Assembly (NCBI GenBank): GCA_017499595.2
Contig: JAFIQS020000014.1
Coordinates: 1-64,000, forward strand
Direction of reading: 5' to 3'
Length of the DNA stretch: 64,000 bases
From: Psilocybe cubensis
Taxonomy: Eukaryota
The notes under the pieces were generated by a model, which was not told the DNA's origin, did not search any database, and saw nothing but the letters and a program-made list of their open reading frames with translations. Shown piece after piece: positions 54,901 to 64,000 of the stretch; the first letter of the stretch is position 1, and each line of letters starts with the position of its first letter. Both the position numbers and the translations under genes were made by a program.

Positions 54901-57900
54901 GTTTTCGTCCCTTGTTGGGCTAGTGCAGGATGACTCGTCAACTTCTCGTGTATAAAATGATGTTTCACCCTTTAGGCAATAAAATACTGTTGTTCACCAT
55001 GAACACACACAATCGACGTTTGTCTGTGCCTATGGCCGCACCATTTCCCTGACGTGCCGAGAGAAATGACCCTTCATTATCCACCTCGTGTCCTATTTCC
55101 AACACACAAAAAGCGATTGGTTAATGTGTTATTTCTCACAGGTCTATTTATAATACAGCCACTGTTACATCGAGGTTGATGTCCCTACCTCGGCGTACCT
55201 GTTATTCAGACCTCGATGTGCTAGGATTGTCATTAAACATCCCATACTAGAATCTGAGGAAGATGTCATACTATCCATATGTGACTCAGTGCAGCAGAAG
55301 ACAATTCCAGATGAGCAGGGACAAGCGGTCTTCCCGCGCACCATTAGGAACACTCGCAGTAGTTTAAACTTACATCTCTGACTACGACACACAAGCACAC
55401 CCGTTCATGACTCCAAGAACTGGATAGGCAAGGAAACATGTAACAGGGATGTTCCGCCGTTGGGCCGTCAACACGAACACGACCACAATGACTTACCGGA
55501 ACGTACCTCAATCTCATACGTTTTCACAGTGGTTAATCTTGTTGAATATCCGTATCAACGTATGTGTCATTTTATACTTCAATTTACACTTTATCCTGAA
55601 CTATACAAGAACCACATGTCGGGGAGTAATGTCGGCGCGCGCCGCGCACCCGACGCGCACACGCGGAGTTTAAATTTCTTTTGAACCAGCAAGGACAAAC
55701 AATGCGCCTGTCCATTGACAATGTGTCAATATCGTCCTCCACAGCCATCTCCCCCTTGTTACTGACTCAAAAGACGACTGTTCAAAGTAAATCACTCGCT
55801 TTCAAACAGCTCGAATCATATTCTTTGAGGAATACAAGAAACATGCAGAAGTCATTGCGACGTGGAGTGTGGGTGGGGGTCGAGGGAAGCCAACGGTAGG
55901 GGGATCGAGGAGGAGGAAGATCTCGGTGAGTGCGTTGCTTTTGGTTCTGGTTTTGTATGTTCTGGAAGATGGGATCGGAGAAAACACGGCCGTAACGTTT
56001 CTTCGTGTCGCTAACCCCGTCACCTTCATCTTCCCATTGCACTGACGAACGGCGCACACATAACCTAGTCGCCGTGGCAGCTGCACTCTCAATCTTCATC
56101 TTTTTCTTTAAAATGCCTTTCCTCATTTGTCTGTATACTTGGCCCACAGGCTCGTTTACACCCTGCGCATGTTTATGGCGCATATACAAGGTATTTTCAT
56201 CCTGTTTACCTCCCTTTGACCACGTAGATGGGCCTCCAATCATCCTCAATACCCTCCCCTCGTTTTCGTAGGCCCACTAACTCCGCTCCTATGACATGTG
56301 GACATTGAAGGGAACAATGGGTTTAGCAACAGTTTAAGGATTCTTACTGCGGGCTAGAAACTGCGACTCGTACGCGTAATCACACTCACTGCATTCAGGG
56401 TTTGGTTTATCGTGGTTGCGGGCAGCAGGCCATGGGTGGTGGTATACTAAAAGTTCAATCTCGCTTTATGCAGTCGCAGGCAGGACAAAGGGGGATCTAT
56501 TAGTGCATTCCGTGCGACTAGACAGCTATATGCTCAGACTTTCCCAACCCTGTAAGTGCCTGCACCATACAATATCAGTGGAGACGCATAGCGATTCCCT
56601 AATGTCAAGCTTTTGCCTTTAAACCTCAACATTTAAGAGTTTTCCCTGGTCGTTTACTGGCTTGCCTGTGCCAGTAAGCTGTACCACAATGTCCTGGAGA
56701 TCATGAGAGTTCCACAAAGATACTCCCATTTTTCGATCATGTTATCATGCCATACCAGTACGCCGACTCTTATTTATGTCTACGTTAGTGATTGGATAGT
56801 GGAAAGAACGTCACAAACTTGTTAAGCTCACCACACGTCCTATAATTGAACCCGCGATTAACGACTCAGCTCTATTTCACCCGTCTCCTTTACTTACTTC
56901 CGGGTGTAGTGGCAGTAGCAGTACGTACCTACTTGGCTCTGAATCAGCTAGCGTGCCTTCGCCGTCACATTACAACCCTAGCAGCTTTGGGACATAAAGT
57001 GCAATGGAATGATTCTCGACACTGTGGATATGTGTAACAACATTCAGCGTAGAATCTGCCTGCGCGTTCTCAAAAGCGCATACATAGAAGCTAACAATGT
57101 TGTTGGTAATGGTCGATACAAGCTACATAAGTGGCCAAGCAATGAAAAACATCTGAATTTGCACCCTCTAATGTCAAGCAGCCCTGCCGTCCTCTGCCTT
57201 TCTATGTGCCCCTTCTCAGATACTTTGGCTTCGACCACAAAAGGCACGCAAAGGTGCAATATCACGTACATGGTGCGTAGCAGGTCGTATTGGAGATCTG
57301 TGGGTTGGAGGTGAGAAGGAGGTGGGTTGTGAATGGTAAGCGAAACTTCACTCACCCGGCCTGCACCCTTTCAACAACTCGACGCTTTCTACATGACATA
57401 CTGAACGTTCTTTAGACATGAGCCAGGGCGTAATTGAGAATGAGGTAGAGGCGGCAGAGGCTGGTAGAAGATTGGGGGGAATCGGGTCAAATCAACAACC
57501 CAAAGCACCAAAACGCCAACTCACCTATCCTCGAATTCGACAATCCCACTTACCGCACTCAGTCTCTCCAGCGTCAATCTCCGATAACTATCAAGAAGCT
57601 ACGAGGTGTATGCGCGGATGCGCTTGTCACAAATATGAAAGTGTGCGTGTGGCTACATACATCTGTTCCAGCCTGGCTGCAAAAGGCAATGCCGGTGTGA
57701 AAAAAAATGAAGAATAAACGAAAGGGTCCGTGAACGTAGCGAGAAAGCAGTTTAAGGATGATCCGGTACGTGTATTTGGACGAGAGGGAAGAACAGGGGG
57801 ATAGGCGTGGTGACGATGGAGATATGGGAGACTGTAGGGAACAAATTCGTGACGCACGTTATTAGCATGCATATTCTATACGCTATCAGAAGTATAACGC

Positions 57901-59734
57901 ACCTCAATAGATGCACCTCTAGGATCCTGCTTCCCTCCGAATCACCAATTCTTTGTTCGTGGCGTTGGAAAATGAAGCGAGAGTGTCCCGACCGACTGGG
58001 GTGGAGAAATAGATACCTAATTGGAGTCTGGTCAGTATATGCGTTAAAATGAGGAGCTGGGGCGGAGAGGGGTAGATGGGTGAAAGAAATGGGGGATGGG
58101 TGGAGATGATAGGAGAAGGTCGCACTCATTAAACGAGCACGAGATCCGGATCTATGTATCAGATATTCCGGTACATTCAGAGAGATATTGTATGGTCTCG
58201 GGACAGACCGAATGCAAATGGGTGGAAAGAAGGCATCGTATATATAACACAACATTGAGTAGTGCTCTCTTACCTCGGTAGAACAATCATAAAGAAGGAT
58301 GCGGTGAGTTGAGGTTGTCTTTGAGGATAGTACAGGGCGAGGTAAGGTAAACGTGATTAAAGTGTATGCGGGTTGGTAAGAGCTCTTGAATGCGGCCCCT
58401 GGTCACTGGTGTTCGGGGAGTCGGTATGAGAAGGAAGGAGAAAGATTATGCTAACGAGGAGAGTAACTATAACAGACTGTCTGACGGGGGAAGCAACGAC
58501 ACACCTTGATTTGGGGTCTGATGCCGTCGGTCCTCTGCCCGTCGATTGTTGCCCATGTCCATGCACCATTGCTCCAACCCCTCGGAGTATGTCTTCATGT
58601 TGTTCTTGAGGAAATCTTCTCACTGGAAAATTAGAGATGATATCAACTCAATGTCAAAGGATAGAGCAGCACGAATAATCAAATCCTGAACAGGAATAAA
58701 GAAGGGCAAATGCAAGAAGGATGACGTAGATAAATGAGGGACATGTATAACAGATACATACACAGATTGAAAACGCTTCTGTCACGGGTGAGAAGCCAGT
58801 AGCGTACGATACAAGACTGAGGAGCTGAGGGTGCATCGCATATACGCGTTGGAAGGAGGGGAAAAAAGAATCGAGACGCACGAGCCTCGGAAATTGTTCG
58901 GCTAAGTCCCACACGTCATGTGTTACAACTCCCACGCCTCAACTTAGGGGGTACTGGTCAAGATGATTGTCTTGTTTCATGGTATCATATGCCTAGCGGT
59001 TATAACACATTTTGTGAGCCCGTCTGTCGTTTAAAATTCAAATTTTAAACCCAAACACCAGGAGCTGGAAGAAATGCGGCCAAGAGTGCGCCAGTATACC
59101 TTCGTTATGTTCAGAATGCTGCGGCAGTCGTAACATCATGGTCATGTTTCCCTTTCTATGCTACTCGTCGTATTCACTGAGGATCCTGTTCCAGGTTAAT
59201 CTCCGAATTTTTTAGTGCCAAATTCTGGTTTTGGTTGATTGTGTGTTGAAGTGCTTCTTTCAGTAGAACCACATTGAATTCCCTACATTCAGAGTAAGAC
59301 TCCAGTCACGAATGGTCGAGTTACGCATTTAGATACTCAACGGATAGGACTACAACTGCAAGTCTAAAATGCTTATTTGTTATTGAGGGACAGACTTTAT
59401 GGAGATATATAATTTTTCAAAGCCATTTTGTCCAACTAAGTTGGCAGTAACTATGTGTTCCTTGTTTCTATCAGGCGTGAGATATATTTATGTCAAGACG
59501 GCTGGTACGAAATATCGATAAAATGGAATATGTCGCAAGTGTGCCTTCTACTTATCCGCCAGTTGTAGCGCGTCTAATAATAACCCAAACCTTTAGAAGA
59601 TAGCATGCGCAGATTAGGACGATGTGACATGAGACCAACGAGATGTATTTCCTATAAATGAAGCTGAGGTGAGAAAAGTTGATATCGCACGTTCTTCAAT
59701 CCTCATCCCGTATTAAGACTCTGCAGGATCAACA

Positions 59735-60407
59735 ATGTGGTCTTTTCATGCAGCATTATACTTATATTTGTTCTCATGTATATTAACTCGAGCCAGTTTG
59801 AGTGATATACAGGTAATTCTGATATGTTACTCTCCAAAAGCATACTCACTAATGATTCTATGGAGCGCCGAAACGACTTGACATGTGCAGACCCAAGCCT
59901 TGCAGACGTTTACGTGGCGGGATACAGCCCAGCCAATTCCGCACATACAGTAAGCCCGCGCTGGGTACTCGCATTACAGCGCAGCGGCCTAGGTGCCGAC
60001 TGGGAGATCCAAGGAGACCTCTTCCTAGCATGGCAAACCGAGCAAGAGTTCACGGTACCCTTTTACCGCCTGTTCAACCCGACAACAACTGATTGGATCA
60101 CAATGATCTCAACGGATGGCTCGCCTCCTGTTGTCAGTGGGTTTGAAGACGCGACAGTAATTGGCTTTGCATATTCCACGCAGGTGTGCGGGAGTGTGCC
60201 TCTTCTGGGTGCGTCGTTGCCGAGCAAAGGCGATCATTGGTATACAACGGATGTCAGGGAACACAATTTCTTCTTGGAAAACGGTTGGGTTGATGCAGGA
60301 ATTGCAGCGTTTGTGTTGCCATTGAACGGTGCGTCAATGAAATAACGCTAAAGCAAACTTTCAAATTAAATTATAGTGCAATAGGGTGTGGATGTGGATC
60401 AACTTAG
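59735..60407 (+). CDS. Secreted DUF5648-like protein (about 3 exons)
   Basis: Signal-like MWSFHAALYLYLFSCILTRA; introns starting at 59813 and ~60329; repeats VPFYRLFNP..DWI and CGSVPLL....DHWYTT..GW..GIAAFV, family recognised from memory; TATAAA near 59653. Confidence 0.7.
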
Positions 60408-61049
60408 CATACCTTCAGTTCAGCATTGAGAGTAATACATAATATTATTTGAACTGAAGAATAGGGGAAACGTGAGAGAAAATGTACCAACCAGAAGTTA
60501 TGGGTTACATTCTCCCTTTTTTCATCTACCCCTCATATCCAGGAGTCCATTCAATCATTGAAATTGCAAGAAAAAGAAAAATCCGTACTCAATGTTCAAG
60601 TTCAAAAAGATTGGAACGTCATATTTACATTTCACGACATTGTGTGGCAGACAACGTCGCCTTGCAATTGTTCATTCAACCATCAGCAAATTTCTCAAGT
60701 TTCTTCTTTGTAATTGAGCAAGGTTTGTTGTAGACTAACCTACAATGCCTCACTGAAATTGATATTTCGTAAGATATGGGTTTGTTTGTTTCATCAGTCC
60801 AACCGTACAAATGACTGTCGGTTGTGCTTCTTTAATTACGGCTAGCTGAGAACTTCATAATACCGTCTGGGTAAATAAGCCATTTTATTTCTTTACAAAT
60901 GTGAAATGGGTGTACACACAACGAGACTTTCACGCGGCTTTAACAAAAAAATAAATCCGGCAGCGTCCATCTCAGACAAAGGGACTTTGTTGGTGTGCTA
61001 GCTGTACAAACTCGATGCCGCATCCCTTCCTGAGTCGAGTCTCTGGACT

Positions 61050-61232
61050 TTAGCGATCTCTGATCTTAGCTTATTCCAATACTGCCAGGACCCATTCACA
61101 GACTCATTTGACGAATTCCTGGCTTCTAATACGCCAGGACAGCCAGCGGTATGTTACATGATTGCTTCAGCGATTTCTCATCTTAGCTTATTCCAATATT
61201 GCCACGACCCGTTCACAGACTCAGTTGACGAT
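61050..61232. repeat. Imperfect direct repeat, two copies of about 65 bp
   Basis: agcgat.tct.atcttagcttattccaata.tgcca.gaccc.ttcacagactca.ttgacga at ~61052 and ~61169. Confidence 0.7.
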
Positions 61233-64000
61233 AGAAGTCAGAACCTTGCAAACGGTATTAGTATGTACCCAGTGAGTCCATATTGATACTTTCCTCTGTT
61301 GAACAAGGACTAAGGGCGAGCTTTGACGAAGCTTGCGTTTAGGCGGGTATGAGCGTAAAATACCTCCACTTACCTGCCAGATTTGGACCGTCTTTCAGAA
61401 CAAATGTACTCTTGTCAGAAACACAACATTGTTACAAGTCATAATTGTACGGGCATACTAAAAATTTATCATCATTTCTGTACACTCTGCTGAATCGTGG
61501 ATGCCTGCTGAGATGGTTCCGTATTGTACTCTATCCAGCACAATGAACTATCATGAATAAAGCAATACTTTATTTTCAAGGAAACACCGGGCTTACCCGC
61601 CATTCTGCACCAGCTGTATCGTTCCCAACACAGGATACTTCTTCATGATAATAATTGTATTTCATGAAATGTGGCCTTGTGATAGAACCAGCACAGGACC
61701 AGCAGGATAGCTGGGCTGCTATAGACACTCTGGGGCCACGGATCATCCAATTCAACGTCGTCCGCGATTCTGAGAGTCGAGGAAATGATACTGGTGTCTG
61801 TGAACTTTGTCAGGTGTTACCTCCCTTATGGTATGCCAACGGCACTTACCCCTACCTGCAAGGCTCCCTACCACACCATGATGGTGCTACGTTGACCGTT
61901 GACCAGCTTAAACCTATGCCAGTGGAGGTCTCGCCTCGTTTGCTTTAAGTACATGCGCTGAAGCCCCTCACTCCCGTGGCGAGGCCTGACGGGCGAAATC
62001 ATCTGTCAGTCTACAAACTATGCCTGGAGTGCTCGTTAAACTTGCCTTTTAATGTGTCCTTAGTGAGCTCTTAGACTCTGAGAGTAATTATGTAGGGGAA
62101 TTTGTAGCAATAGACAGATAATCATGATGAAGTGTAATACAAGCAGGGCATTGGAGGCCTCCAATGGATTTTGTTATGATGGAGCATTATGTGTGTAGCA
62201 AAAAAACAGCAGTGATGGGACGATTGAGTGTAGATTGCATAGGTTCAGCATTGAGTGCCTTTATTGTGCTTTATCAGCAACCTTTGACATCATCTGTTTC
62301 GTCTGCTTAGTGTACTCGACAGCATCTCTCTACAGCTATAAAACATCCTTATTGTTCATGTGCCATACGATACGAAGCTGCTATAGCTCCCATAATTTCT
62401 TTTCTCACCATGTGCTTCTGCGTCGTCGGCTAGAGATTCATAATCTCGCACCGGTAAAATTCCGTCTAGTAAACCCAGACCCCATTCTTCGGACGACTGA
62501 ATACTTGTATTTGGCAGAGAAGCATGAACAACACGTACAGTTCCAAAAAATCTGGATACCAATGTCACCACTCTCGATACACGTCGTTTTGCACCTAAAA
62601 TGTCCCAACGCAGAAAGACAATTGTCAATAACTATCATTATTGGCCGGCCCACTCATATCCAGGGGTACAAACAGTTGCATGTGCATGAGCTGGAGAGGA
62701 CGAGCATACCTTAGGCATGGATCTAGGCCTGTGTTCTCCTCCCGCTTCTACTGGAACCACGTATTCCCAAAGCAGGACGGTAGAAAGCCAATCACGAATA
62801 TAAACTTTATGTTCTTGCCATTCCGTGGATGTACTAAAGCATGCGCAAGCGTGGCGGGCAGACGTTGGCGGTGATGCTTACACACTCAACAACAATGACA
62901 TACCTCAAATGTTAACTTACTACATCAATGTACTCCTATCAGCTTTCTCCCACAACATTTAGTGCTTATAGGTGAAGCGTCAGTTACAGCCGTCCGTTTA
63001 AAACCATCGAGGAAGGGTTGTTGATGTCCAACTCGAGAAACCCCTGAATCGTGTTCCCGGCTGTTCCCGGCCTACCTCATTCGCCCTTGCAAACAACAAG
63101 GCCAAATAAAAGCGACTTTCCTCTCTTCTTCCACCTCGCCTCCACCCACCCGCACGACAACGATACTCAACACAGCCCAAACTCATCGACCGTCAACGGA
63201 ATAACTAAAATTATTTCCCATGTACCGAACTGAAGTTGCTCCAATAGCGATTACATGCATCCGGGCGTGCGAGCATGCAGGGGCAAGTTGGGAGAGTGTA
63301 AGCAAGGGTGCGGTCCAGGAACTAAGAGGACGGTAAGTCTTTTAAAACTTCGTCGAATATATTCACAGCTTTGTACCCCCATATACTACGTCTAATATGC
63401 TAATACATCCCATTTCCTCTCCCTGCCTCCCTGCCTCCCTGCCTCCCCACTATCCATGCCCAACCACCAACGAGGGAGATATGGACGTCAGGAAGACGCA
63501 GATTTTGTGATTCTCTGCGTCGGACTTGGTCAATCCTGGGAGTCTATTATAAATGCCTTTGGTGGGTGTGTATGGCTTAGCAAGGTTATGATGGATGGCT
63601 GGCGGCACGGTGCTACGGTGCACACTCACTCTTCTTGGCGTCTGGGAAGTCATTCAGTGGCATTTTATTTCCTCTGGACTTCTCAGCTGGTGTTACCGCT
63701 TCCGCTTTGTAGAGTTTCTGCTCAGGAGACCCGCAGATATCACGTTGGTCTTAAAAATGCGCATTTGGGTACGTCTCTGTCGTGCTTGTTCGTAATTCTG
63801 GATGTAGGGCATGCGTATATGCGCCTGATTTGGATCTATGGTGCCTGCTTGATGTTTGTTTCTTGAACAGTCTGTTGGTTCTCTTAGGATATAATCCCGC
63901 TCATTGTATTCGTGCTGGTGGAGTGGCTCTTTTGGTAATCTGCACCTAGTATCCGTCCAGAATAACGCTGAGACACCTTGGAAGCATGTCATTCCTCTCC

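Noticed and set aside
46900-59700. Many 60-190 aa ORFs in the subtelomeric region (e.g. 48507-49040, 49198-49706, 57044-57355)
   Set aside because: No recognisable domains or confident exon structures; may include real exons that cannot be supported by eye
63417-63448. (CCCTGCCT)3 short tandem repeat
   Set aside because: Ordinary short tandem repeat with no further signal

Overview
Eukaryotic chromosome end, most likely from an agaric-type basidiomycete (short 50-60 nt spliceosomal introns, a DUF5648-like secreted protein gene). Bases 1-39219 are a (CCCTAAA)n telomere interleaved with a head-to-tail array of endonuclease-less Penelope-like retroelements (Coprina/Athena type): 7 full-ORF copies (1176-1177 aa), one 5'-truncated copy and one ~65-nt stub, all with 5' ends toward the chromosome tip. 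Each terminal repeat (pLTR) carries a type I hammerhead ribozyme. The most striking feature is a 929-nt group IC1-like self-splicing intron (869-1797; second, truncated copy at 11013-11602) inserted between U16.1 and C17 of the hammerhead cleavage triplet. It has U|...G| boundaries, an internal guide sequence matching the 5' exon, and a 12-nt antisense to the hammerhead core, so the hammerhead would exist only after group I splicing. The ORF also contains a 61-nt GC-AG intron whose removal switches to a basic-tailed ORF1 ending in tandem G_GGA_AAG slippery sites. The 3' priming site is preceded by a GCGAAGC/tandem-GA hairpin that should fold only on the cDNA strand. Bases 39220-64000 are gene-poor subtelomeric DNA with diverged duplications and a few hypothetical genes. 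All structural and functional calls were made by eye and are untested.
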